Shown: positions 26,601 through 37,925 of the stretch, one piece after another
How the letters are laid out: each line of letters starts with the position of its first letter
Position numbering within the stretch: position 1 is the first letter of the stretch
Source: Gnetum montanum
Taxonomy: Eukaryota > Plantae > Gnetophyta
Direction: 5' to 3'
DNA: 64,000 nucleotides
Assembly: GCA_015680685.1 (NCBI GenBank)
Contig: MNCI01002706.1
Coordinates: 118,712-182,711, forward strand
The notes under the pieces: model-generated
What the model saw: only the letters and a program-made list of their open reading frames with translations
Told to the model about the DNA's origin: nothing
Database searches by the model: none
Position numbers and translations under genes: made by a program

Positions 26601-29600
26601 CAGAGCCGAGGCTGCTAGGGCTCGCCTAATTGACAAAATCCAGGCCCAAGTGCAGGAAGAGTTGATCCAAGAGGAAGTGGCCCAGAGACAATGTGAACAA
26701 GCGGAACGGGCGGAGCAGGAGCGGCTTCAAGAGGAGGAGGTCCAGAGACAACGGCAACTTGACTGAGCCCACGAGCACAACACCTGACAGTGGCTAAGAG
26801 GGGGGCGATGCCCGTACCTCATTCTTGGCATCAGCTGTGAAAGCTCCTAGGTTGAGCTCAGACGACATATCCGCCAAACCTCGACACGCTTCCATCCGGA
26901 TGCAAGAGCTTCGCGGGCAGACAAGAGCCGACCATGCAAGGTATCCAACAGGCGGCCAGTTTCATGGACACGGAGGACCACTGGAACACTCTGGATATCC
27001 TCCATGAATTGGAGCGCCCCGATTGCGCCTGCCGACGAACCCATAAGGGGTTGTCGAGCTCGGGTGGTGGGGGACGCTTGCCCCCCTCTACCAGGTCGAT
27101 GCCCCCTCCATCCGGATGCAAGAGCTTCGCGGGCAGACAAGAGCCGACCATGCAAGGTATCCAACAGGCGGCCAATTTCATGGACACCGAGGACCACTGG
27201 AACACTCTGGATATCCTCCATGAACTGGAGCGCCCTGATTGTGCCTGCCGACGAACCCATAAGGGGTTGTCGAGCTCGGGTGGTGGGGGACGCTTGCCCC
27301 CCTCTACTAGGTCGGTGCCCCCCCCCCCNNNNNNNNNNNNNNNNNNNNNNNNNNNNNNNNNNCCCCCCCCCCCCCCCCCCCCCTTTCTGTTGTCTTTGAT
27401 GGGGAATGGGGGGGGTGCCCCCCTCTCTCTTTTTCGCTGTGGGGGGGTGTCCCACCCCCCTCCCCCGCTATTTCCCAGGGTTGGCTCCAGGGGCAGTGTT
27501 TGTTTTATTTTTGTCTTGGGAACTGTTTTGATTAATTTGGGAGTCCTTCCCTACCATGGGGGGGCCATTCCTGATGGCCCACCATTTGTAATCTCTTGTN
27601 CACCAATCTGAAAATTTCCTATATTTTATTAAAATAAACACACACACACATGGATTGGAGCCAAAATAACATTACAACTACCCACCAATCTGAAAATTTC
27701 CTATATTTTATTGAAATAAACTACTATTATATAATAAAAGCAAAAATTATTATCTTCTACTCTAAAAAACCAACAATTCATCCTTAAGAATGGAAGGCAA
27801 TCTTCATTGTCAAACATAGTTATGGTTAGGGAGTTATAGCCATTCAAAGTTTTTGTAAAACACACCAATTTTTTTAAAAAAAAAGAAGGAAATTTAAATG
27901 TAAAAAGGTTGATAATGTTTAAATTTTCAAATTTCATTATCCAGGGTATCTAAGAATCAAAACTTTAACCTTCAGATTAGCAACCCAAAATTTTTTAAAC
28001 ATCCTCTAGCTAGCCAACTAGTCAACTTGCCAATTGCATTAAGATTAACAACACCTAAATATATATTTTTAAAATTTTTGAATTTAACATATATATATAT
28101 ATACACACACATCCTTTCATACCCAATCTCCACATTAATAAAGCTCCTTTTCATTTCTTTTTACATTTTCCCTATTACATTCATTACATATCATGTTGAA
28201 TGATGTATTTTTGACATTTGCCTGACATCTAGGAACAGGATGTCATAGTTTGAGTAGTTGTCTTTTGATGAATATCATTGTTGATTATTTGATGAAGAAT
28301 TTTTTGTTGAATGGATATCAAATCAATGAATTTTAAAATTTCTAAATTATTCCGCAAGTGTTTGACGTTGTGCTATCTTTACCATAGATAGGTGAAACAT
28401 AACCAATAGGTTTACTTTAGAGGCATGAATCAATTGCTTATACTACCTGTATAATGTGTAGACTACTAAACAACCATTTGATAAAATGCTTTGTTGTGGG
28501 TTGAACTTTATTTAAGGGTATCCTCTAATATTATTGATCACTATCAAGAGCTCTTTATTATCATAAATTCCAGTAGATTAAGAATGGATACAAATAACGA
28601 AAGAGGAATGTGTTGAACAAAGTGAACGTTTTCTGTTGCCTTGGGCACAGAATTGCATCCCAATTACCGTAAATCTTAAGACTAGGGAGTTTCATTTGAC
28701 AAGCAGGTATGTTCTGAACAAACAGGAAGATGAGTTAACTAAAGTCGTCTGGTAGTCTTCCTTTTCAGTGTTGTTTGAACCATGCAGGAAACCCCCCTTA
28801 TCATGGATTCTAGGATTTCAAGGTAGGAGGGGCAAATGATGCCAGGCTGTTAGTTATTTGGGAAAATGGAAAACCATGAACAAGAAATAAATTCAAGTTA
28901 AAACTTTCCATCATACATCAGGGCTAAGTGGTGTGCAGAGTTACTCAGGGTCATGATCTTATTTCTAGACAATGTGTTGGAAAGACTGAGTAAATTCCTG
29001 ATTTTGTGGACTAAGTAAATTCCTGATTTTGTGGGATTAATTGCAGTTTTTTGTAGAGTTTGTTTTCCCTGATTTATAGCTTCCATTTTTATTGCTTCTG
29101 ATTTCTAGGAGATCAGTTTTCTTTTTTAGTTTGTTTCCTGAAATACAGAATAAGGCTGGTCTATAAATCCTTGCATGCAATCCTTCATAAACTTCAATAA
29201 AGAGAATATTTCATTTCATCTCTTTGTTCATGGTATTAGAGTCAAGTTAAATGGCCGAAAAAAATTCTTCTTCCAAATCTTTGATAGATAAACAAAGTTT
29301 ATCTATAGCCTCAGTATTGAGCAATCCCAACCTGCTCAAGGAGGCTGACACATCATCAAAGACTCCCATAGCCTCAGTTGCACATAGAGGTAATCTAAGT
29401 ACTTCATGTTTTACACATTGCCATGTAAATGATAAGTGGACTGTTGACACAGGTGCTTTAGATCACATGTTTGGAAACAAGAGTTTATTCTCAGAATTAA
29501 AGGAGTGTCATGACGACATTAACATCACTATAACTGATGGTACTATGTCAAGAGTAGTAGGTTGTGGGTCAATTGATATTTCTAGGATGAATTTAAGATC

Positions 29601-32600
29601 TATTTACTATGTTCCGAAGTTAAAGTATAACCTCCTCTCTACCAACAAATTGTTAAAAGATCAAAATTGTGTAGTAACCTTTTTCCCTTCTCTTTGTGTG
29701 TTCCGGGCCCTATCTTAGGGGAGGATGATTGGCAGTGCTTTGGAGAAACATGGTCTCTACATTCTCAATGGTGCTGGTTCTCCTTCAAAAATTAAATCTC
29801 ATGAAAACGTCTCCCTTTCAACCTCATCTAGTTTAGAAATAATGCTTTGGCACAGACGCCTTGGTCACCCTAGTTTTGTTTATCTCAAATCTTTGTATCC
29901 AACTTTGTTTGTCAATAAAAATCCTTCAGATTTCCAGTGTGAAAATTGTATTGGTGCAAAACAAACTAGAAAAAATTATCCTTCTCATACATATCAAGTG
30001 TTAAAGCCATTTCATCTTATACATACTGACATACAGGGTCTCGCCCGTCAATCCACTCTCACAGGCTCTAAGTGGTTTATCATGTTTATTGATGATCATA
30101 CAAGGGTGTGTTGGGTTTATCTCATGAGAGAAAAATCAAAAACTGAATCCATTGTTAAACAGTTTCACAAACATATCTTAAATGTTTTCCAAACCAATAT
30201 CCAAAGTCTGAGAACTGGCAATGGTAGAGAGTATTTCACAAATGACCTGACACAATACCTAAATGATAATGGAGTGTTTCATCAGAGTTCTTGTACCTAC
30301 ACCCCTCAACAGAATGGAGTGGTAGAGAGGAAAAATAGACATTTACTAGAGGTAGCCCAAGCTATTATGTTCACTAGTCATGTTCCAAATTCTTTTTGGG
30401 GAGAAGCAGCATTAACTGCAGCCTATCTTATAAATAGAACGCCATCCAAAACTCTAAATCTTCGAACTCCTCTCAGTTGTCTACTTGATACCAATCCTCA
30501 TGTTCATATTCTTAACTCTCTTTTTCCTATAGTGTTTGGTTGCATTGCATATGTCTATAATCATCACCCACACAAAAGAGTAAACTTGATCCCAAATCCT
30601 TTAAGTGTGTCTTTACTGGCTACTCTTCAACTCAAAAGGGATATAGATGCTTTCACACCACCCCCCCACCTTTCCAGAAAATTCTTTGTCTCTTATGATG
30701 TAACTTTTTTGGAAGATCAAATGTTTTATCCCAATAGTTCTCTTNCTTGTTGTAAATCTTGAACGGGATCTTTACCAAATGGATGTAAAGAATGCTTTTT
30801 TGAATGGAAATTTGGAGGAGGAAGTGTTTATGAAGATGCCACCAGGATTTGAGATGGGAAGCAACAAAGTGTGCAAGCTTAAGAAGTCTTTGTATGGTTT
30901 GAAACAAAAGGTTACAAATAATGATTCCCCAGTTGACCGTGAGTAGTATCAACATCTAGTAGGAAAACTAATCTACCTTTCACTTACTAGACTTGACATT
31001 GCCTACAGTGTGAGTGTGATCAATCAATTTATGCGTTCACCTACAAATTGACATCTAGAGGCAGCCAATCATGTACTGAGATATCTAAAGGGCTCTCCTG
31101 GCAAGGGACTCTTGTTCAAGAAAGGTGAATCTCAAGAGGTGGAAGGCTTTGCTAATGTAGATTGGGCTGGATCAATGGAAGATAGCAAATCCACAACTAG
31201 ATACTGTGTGAAATCATGGGGAAATCTTGTGATATGGAGTAAGAAACAATCAATTGTAGCAAGAAGCAGCACTGAAGCAAAGTACCAGGTGATTGCTCAA
31301 GGAGTGTGCGAGCTTATTTGGATTGAGAAACTTCTAAAGGAACTAAAAATTTCATTCTTAGGTCCTATGAAGCTCTACAGTGACAATAAATTAGCAATAA
31401 GCATTGTTCACAACCTAGTTCAACATGATCAAATAAAGCATGTTAGAACAGATAGAAGCTTTATCAAGCATGAGATTGACTCAGGAGCAATTAGCCTAGC
31501 TTACATTCCTACCAAGGATCAAGAGGTTGATATCCTCACGAAAGCATTATCAAAACCAGGTTTTGAGTCTTTAGTTTGCAAGCTAGGAATGATAGATATC
31601 TATTCTCCAGCTTGAGGGGGAGTGTTGGAAAGACTAAGTAAATTCCCGATTTTGTGGACTGAGTAAATTCCTGATTTTGTGGGATTAACTGCAGTTTTTT
31701 GTGGAGTTTGTTTTCCCTGATTTATAGCTTCCATTTTTATTGTTTCTGATTTCTAGAAGATTGGTTTTCTTTTTTAGTTTGTTTCCTGAAATACGGAATA
31801 AGGCTGGTCTATAAATCCTTGCATGCAATCTTTCATAAACTTCAATAAAGAGAACTATTTCATTTCATCTCTTTGTTCACAATGTTTCAACATTCTTGCA
31901 AGATACCCAATGCGTACAAAATTATCCATGGCAATTATCACCCACATGACAAAATTTCCTGTTTCTGTAGTGGTTTTGACTTTTTGTTGTTGGTTGTTTG
32001 GTTTTTGTTCTTTCTAAAATATATACGGTAGCAAACAGTCTTTAACTCTTCCACTCACCCTGTCATATCCGTACAGTATCTAATATAACCATCTTCTTCC
32101 AAAAATGACAAGTCTCTAAAATAAAACTGTAATTCTACTGTTGATATAATTGTTAAAGGTTTGATAATAATCTATCACATTCATCTAACACAACACCAAA
32201 AATTTTGTTCATAAATAAAATAAAATCTGTAGTATTAGAAAAAAAACACATAATTTCAATTACAGCCAACAGAAAACACTTGCAATAATAATTTGCAGAT
32301 CTTCTTCTGTGGCTTGACTATCACCTAAATATAATGAAAGAAGAATAAAATTGGCTACGTGTTTACATCATGACTAGTAAATAGGGCATGTTAATTGTGC
32401 TGACAGCTGATATGTTAAAATATGCACAATTTGGTATGAATCTCCAACCTGGCTTTCATCTGCAACATATCCATCTGTTGGTCCAATTGCGAAAAATGAT
32501 GAAGTGTAAACAAGTCTTTGTATCGTAGATACCCTCTTCAAAACTTCTATTACATTTTTTAAGCCAGTAACATTAACCTGGTGAATGTTGATGCAAGTTA

Positions 32601-35600
32601 CAACATAGATGCATTATTAGCCTTTCTAAAACAGATAAAAGTAAACCAATTTATTCAAAATAAACTAAATGAAGCATTGAGACAACGTTTCCATAAAAAC
32701 ATCAAACATTGTCCGCAAAAGCCAAACAAGCTCCAAAACAAACGATAGGCATTCATAAATAGGAAATTACCTGACACTTGTTATAACTAGCATTTTATAT
32801 AAAACCCCAACGACATTGCCATTCTTGAAAGCAGAAATTGTGATGCTCATATGTTTGCAGAAGTTTAACCTTGAACAGGAAAACCATGCTATCAACGTCA
32901 ACATTCACAAATTACATTGAAAGTTACATTGTATTCTGATGGTTTTACTTGACAATTATCTATTAACTATATTCCAGCTTCCAATTTTGTTATTAACAAA
33001 ATCTTATTTTTACTTGTTTAAAAGAAATATTTGTGGCAGTCTTAATTAGTGTATCTCTGTAGCAATACTAGCCACTTAATAACATGGCCTAAAAGTTAAC
33101 ATTTGCAATGGAATGGTTGGAGTGTTCATGCATACAAGGCATGAATCTGGGAGTTAAAGTGCCTTTAATGCCATATTATGTATTATGGCAGTTAATTTAT
33201 GAAGAACAGATGGTTGGTTGGTTTGTAACATTAGATTAGATCCATTATTCATTGTAGCAGGGTGTTCATTTTATTTTATCAATTAAGTATTTTATATATT
33301 TGTTGCTATTCCATTTATATTAAGAGCAGAACAGTGCATAGCATTCATTAGGAGTTCAGTTGACCAACCGTTGCTCAATGACATGTATCTTGAAAATGTT
33401 ATTATCGTTACATATAATGAAGCCAAATCTTTATCATATCTCTGATTTTTTTCTGTTAAAGTTTGTAACTGCCTCCCCTGATTATGATGATTTCATTTCA
33501 TTGTAACTTATTGTACTAATTGATTAAGGAACTAGGTGTGGTTGGTATTCTTGACTTTGGAAAATGACTACTTAGATTGCCCATGCTTTTGGCTGCTGTA
33601 GGCTATTTAAAGGAGTGGACAGAGATGTGGGATGTACAAAACACAATTTTTAATTAGAAATCAGATTAGCATCCTATTCCATCGATGTTTCCCTTCAAAT
33701 TTAAGGAGTTTACCATGTAAGTCGGTTGTCTTGCCTTTTTTTTATTGATTCTTCACTTGATTTTTTTTTCAGTTCCGGTAATTGTGCTACAGTCAGCTCG
33801 AACAGTTACCCATAATTTGTTTAAGAAAGAAAGAAAACTACTGAAATTCTTCTTCTTATCTTATATATTCCATTAGTTGCCCCAACTAAATTGATAGTTG
33901 TCTTTGTTTAAAGACAATTTTAACCCAGACTCCTTCAACTCATAATTGATTTTTAGTTATGACTTATTAAAGTTTGATCTTTGATAGGTATTTAATTGTT
34001 AGAGAGGTGGAACTATTCTTAATAATGTTTCTGTTTTCAAAAATCAGTCATTTTGTTGTTTTATTAGTTATTCAGGTCCTGTCACCCACTCAAAATTGCA
34101 ATGTTGTAAAATACATCATTTCTCTCAGGGTCCTTCAACATTTTACTAGGTGTCAACCAGTCTTCCTACATTACTCACCTAGGTGTTTTCTATCAGTTTG
34201 TATCATTTCCTCCAGTTTTGAACTAACAGTATGGTTTCTCCCACTCTGAAAGAGCAAGCTTGTTCCATGAAATTTCTGCTCTGAAATTTCAACTCAATTA
34301 TTTATATTTCACATTTTCAGGACGACATATTAGATTCAGAACAAAGAAACTACGAGAGGACCAAAAGAGCAGCAGAAAATTCAATCCCAGTTTTTAGTAA
34401 TATACGTCTCCCGGTGCTGGTACTAAATTGATATATTTAACAAATATTTTTTCAGAGAAACCTGGCAAAATTTTTGAAAAAAGTGATGTATGGATATGAC
34501 CATCAAGTTTTCCACAGCGACCATTCATTGCAATGGCAAAAAGCCTGCCATAAAATAACTTGGCAAACCCGTCAGGTGGAAAATCAGTTCCACAGAGTTG
34601 AACTTAAAGATATACAATTATACATTCATAAAAACGATAGACACCAAATTATGAAATCGATCTGCAAAACATTCAATAGAAAATCAATATCGTGAGAACT
34701 GGATCAATGCTCTATTGGTAAGTATGAATTCTGCACATATTGCCAGCCTTTTTGCTTGGCCTTATGGGAACATGAGATAATGTAATTGATCACTACTATG
34801 GAGGATGGAATCTTAGGCATATACAAGACATTAATTATGCTTTGTTAGGGAAGACTGCTTGACAGCTTTGTATCTTAGATAGATTGTAGGTTAAGGTGAT
34901 GAAAACAATGTACTTGTATGGTAGTTTTCAATTTGTTAATACTCCTAATATTACTAATCCCTCCCCAATTTAGAGAGAGTTTTAGTTTACAAGACATTGG
35001 TTTTGTCAACGTTTGCACAATTAGTAGTAAAACTGGTGTTATAGATTAGAATAATCCACAAAGAATGCTTAACACGCTTTATATCCTATGGAAAGAATGC
35101 AATATCCAGTAAACATTTGGAATCACATGTTTACTCCTCACATTTGTCTCTTTGCTAGTAAGATGCTTCATGAAAAATTACTCACTGGTCAATATTCTCC
35201 CCAAAACATTACAGAGGATCCAGGTTATGACTTATGTTCTTCAATAACAGAAAGTGCTAATCATCTTTTTATAAACTACCCATTTATTCAAGAAATTTAG
35301 AATGAGTTCAAGGTAGTAATCATAGGTCGCTACTTGCAGATAATTCTGGGAATGATTTTTTGTTAGTCTGCCAACACCAGTATACAGGATAACATGGTAA
35401 GGCATTGACAGCACTTGGATAGTTTATTTGGTATGAATCATGGCATGAACAATTTTCAGAGAGTTTTCCAACAAAGGTCATAGGCCAGTGTGGGTTGGTG
35501 TTTGGGTGCTTTGGTTCTTTGGAAGGATGCTGCAAAGTTTAGAAGGAATAATAACTAGAACAATATTGGTTAATAGTTTACATATTGTTTTGTTTGTTCT

Positions 35601-36555
35601 TCTGTAATTGAAATATCTTTCACGTCACCAGGGTTAGAATTTGACAACTTTTTTATGCATCTTTTCATGATTTTTAGCATAAAATATGCTGATTTTTTAG
35701 GGTGAAGTGTCATAAAAGCACTGAAAAGTTTTTAAAAGATATTAATATGACCCTTTGAGATTTCAAAAGGCATCACTTAACTAGATACAAATTTAAATAA
35801 GAAAATAAGTGGATGTTTAAATGTTTTTTTATATTTTTTGTCTTTTTAATATAAAATAAATTAATAACAATATATTTAATATTTATTTTTATTATCATAA
35901 AGTTTTATAGTATATTATGTTTATGATAACAAACTCATATTTTTTATTTTAGCTTTTAATAATAAATAATTTTAAATTATCTAAAGACCGATAACATTTT
36001 TTAATATTAAGAGTGTCTGGCAAATGCCTACTAGAATTTTGAAATTCCAAACCCTGCACGTCACCCTGGATACTATAGATATGGGAATGTCCATTTGATC
36101 CAAAAATTTACCGGTGGTTTTCAGAACCCAAACTGAATACATGAAGAGCGTACAAGCCAACACTATACCTAAATTAGTTCAATCAGAGAAAATTAAACCA
36201 TGGTGGTTTCAGACAAAGTAGAACTAGAAAGATCTGTTAAAAAATTTCATGAATATTTTATATAACTAAGAAAAGGCAGAATGAGAGAAATTACAGATAT
36301 GAAGCGAGAGGAGTCGGGAAGCCAGGGCTCGACAATAGCAGCAGAGTGAATGATGGCATGGCAGCCAAGGCAGGCAGGCAAAAGAGAGTCAAGGTCAGTG
36401 ACATCGCCATATGCAATCACAACACCAGTCCGTGGTAGGGAATGTAGAGAGCTGCTGGGCCGCACAAAAGCAACCACACAATGACCAGCTGCGCACAGTG
36501 CATGGCAGATGCGCCCTCCCAAGTACCCTGAGGCTCCTGTTACCAGCACTCTCAT
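14648..36555 (-). CDS. FLDH: NAD(P)-binding Rossmann-fold extended SDR, farnesol dehydrogenase-like, 333 aa
   Basis: Exons 36555-36295, 32577-32449, 17284-17120, 15219-14914, 14788-14648. All introns are GT-AG and phase 0. Motifs [47 protein letters not shown] (YxxxK), [26 protein letters not shown] match my recollection of Arabidopsis FLDH along its length. Confidence 0.93.
15597..15720. repeat. Short imperfect tandem repeats (GTTAGACAAATAATT..AAATCAA x3)
   Basis: Three copies of the core and two of ACAC..AGAAAATCAGA, near the 3' flank of the GC-rich insertion. Confidence 0.8.
15885..16666 (-). mobile_element. 5'-truncated copy of the coiled-coil + J-domain-like retroelement (FLDH intron 3)
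   Basis: GC-rich island. Minus translation ..[42 protein letters not shown] [gap] [43 protein letters not shown] is homologous to 26430-27030. Confidence 0.85.
18817..19070. mobile_element. PIF/Harbinger (Tourist-like) MITE
   Basis: Termini GGGAGCGTTTGGTT ... AACCAAACAAACCCC, flanked by TTA and TAG; internal GAATCT/AGATTC motifs. Confidence 0.65.
20421..21135 (+). mobile_element. 5'-truncated RTE-clade LINE with (GAT)n tail
   Basis: [53 protein letters not shown]; ends in (GAT)6. 23-bp TSD AGTTAGAAGGG(A/C)AAGAGGGCTTA at 20398-20420 and 21136-21158. Confidence 0.92.
21850..22615 (+). mobile_element. Ty1/copia pol fragment (integrase tail and RT N-terminus), degenerate
   Basis: [72 protein letters not shown]. 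Confidence 0.85.
23333..23485. repeat. About 56-58-bp unit x2.7 containing (AC)n at the left junction of the LINE
   Basis: TATTAATATGATATAGCCC.AATGTCAAAATAACCCTAA(GAGTAACACACAC) repeated. Confidence 0.9.
23486..25147 (+). pseudogene. LINE ORF1 (Q/E-rich N-terminus, DUF4283, CCHC knuckle), disrupted
   Basis: [12 protein letters not shown]..; [55 protein letters not shown]; CAHCGKPGH. Its stop overlaps the ORF2 start (ATGA at 25144). Confidence 0.85.
25144..25696 (+). pseudogene. LINE ORF2 APE endonuclease, C-terminally truncated
   Basis: [46 protein letters not shown] at 25603. Breaks off before the RLDR and SDH motifs. Confidence 0.9.
25697..27030 (+). pseudogene. Accessory ORF: retrotransposon additional-ORF-like domain + coiled coil + DnaJ J-domain-like module
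   Basis: [45 protein letters not shown]; E/Q/R-rich helix 26431-26790; [25 protein letters not shown] (HPD at 26893-26901)..[16 protein letters not shown]. Confidence 0.7.
26891..27322. repeat. 216-bp (72-codon) tandem duplication of the J-domain C-terminal half
   Basis: TCCATCCGGATGCAAGAGC starts at 26891 and 27107; the two units are nearly identical. Confidence 0.95.
28975..31879 (+). mobile_element. Internally deleted Ty1/copia LTR retrotransposon (2.9 kb)
   Basis: LTRs 28975-29230 and 31623-31879 (TG..CA); TSD CAATG; PBS TGGTATTAGAG (tRNA-iMet type); PPT TGAGGGGGAG. PR (WTVDTGA), GAG-pre-integrase ([10 protein letters not shown]), INT ([17 protein letters not shown]), partial RT, RNase H (ARSSTEAKY). 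Confidence 0.95.
34700..35470 (+). mobile_element. Old L1-type LINE ORF2 C-terminal fragment (zf-RVT region)
   Basis: [30 protein letters not shown]; [42 protein letters not shown]. Confidence 0.7.
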
Positions 36556-36678
36556 TTCCTCCCAAGTGCAAATGTTTGTCAGAATAACACCAGGAGGCCT
36601 CTCATTTGGCTATCTTTATTTTTCAAGGGAGGGACATCCCTTGTTGTAGCGTTTAATCTTGATACATAATTTTATTTC

Positions 36679-36795
36679 TTAGCTGCTGGTGGTCTTGGCC
36701 CTCAACCAAGTTACAAGTTCAATTCTATTACATAGCATTGAGTTATAAATCAACAAAAATTTTACTAAGGTCTGAGTGAACATAAGTAAAAATTC
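36679..36795 (+). mobile_element. tRNA-derived SINE (copy 2), about 125 bp upstream of the FLDH start codon
   Basis: TTAGCTGCTGGTGG..ACAAGTTCAATTCT..TAGCATTGAGTTATAAATCAACAAAAATT, matching 13183-13330. Confidence 0.55.
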
Positions 36796-37394
36796 CAAGC
36801 ATTTTGTGTAACAATTTCGCTTGTAATTAGTATATAAAATTGTATACATTTTAACTTTTATGAAAAAGCAATTACAAGGAAAAATGAAATATGTAAAAAC
36901 ACATCCACAATTCTCTCTATATGACCATGAAAAACATCAACACCTTGCAGAGCATACCATGCATTCGCAGTGAATTGCATAGCATACTAATCTCATATGC
37001 TTAGGCCAATGTTACTTTTTTCATAGAATATCCAATTTTTTGCACCAAAAGAAAGTTTTTCAAGATTGGTTGTAAGGATGAAAATCTAAAACAACATCCC
37101 TAAAATAATTAGGCCTTTTCTTTTTATTGATTTGGATTTTCTCCTCTCTACAATACTCTACTTCTTTACTCTAGATTTTTTATTTTTAATATGTATATAT
37201 ATATTTCCTTTGTTATCATGTTAAACAATATTTACTTCTCCTAGGGGTTATTATAAAGAAGGTTGGTGGATGTTGGATAGTGTTGGAACTCAAATTTTTT
37301 TAATCTATTAGAATTGAATTTATAACTTGAAGCTTCCAAATCAAAAGTCTTATTACTAGGTTATCAGTGTTATTTTCTTCCTTTCAAATTTTTT

Positions 37395-37925
37395 CGGCAA
37401 ATCTAATTTTTCTTTTTTCAATTTTTCTTTGGCAAATTTGATTTCTCTAGAATTCCCCTATGAGAGATTCTAGACTAGCCCCAACTTCTTCAACTAATGT
37501 TGAAATTTTTACTTCTTTTATTGACGTGGAAAGTTCTATTAATTCTCAAAATACAAATTTACAATATAGTAAAAAAAAAAAAGTCGTGATGCCTTCTTCT
37601 ACTAATATTAATGCAACTAAGATTCTCTAATTTTGTTTTTCTTAATGATGTATACAAGTCATTGGTTGCTAATCTTTTATCACAATTTGTGGTTATTCAA
37701 ATTCTGGTTACCTGTCTTGTAATCAAAGTTTTATTTCGTAGTTAAATGATGTAATAAAAAAACATGACATTCAAGTCCTTCATGCTAAGCATTATTCTCA
37801 TTTTTTTCTGTGTGTTGAGTTAGGGAATGCTTCAATGGTGCAATGTGCATTAGATATAGGGCCTTTTATACATAAGCATGCAATGTTGATCATTTGTAAT
37901 TGGTTACAAATTTTGATGTCGAATC
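37395..37925. repeat. Dispersed repeat, copy 2 (homologous to 9660-10200)
   Basis: Same collinear blocks and same orientation as copy 1. Confidence 0.85.

Larger units (their letters stand above)
23486..27599 (+). mobile_element. L1-clade LINE derivative: ORF1 (DUF4283 + zinc knuckle), truncated APE, accessory domain, coiled coil, J-domain-like module; no RT visible
   Basis: GC-rich island in an AT-rich intron with a continuous plus-strand domain series and a G/C-rich 3' UTR. Contains three N gaps. Confidence 0.85.

Noticed and set aside
23486-27599. Bacterial contamination or horizontal transfer suggested by high GC and DnaJ similarity
   Set aside because: DUF4283 ORF1 and APE are plant L1 features, the left junction is contiguous with host intron, and a diverged second copy is present.
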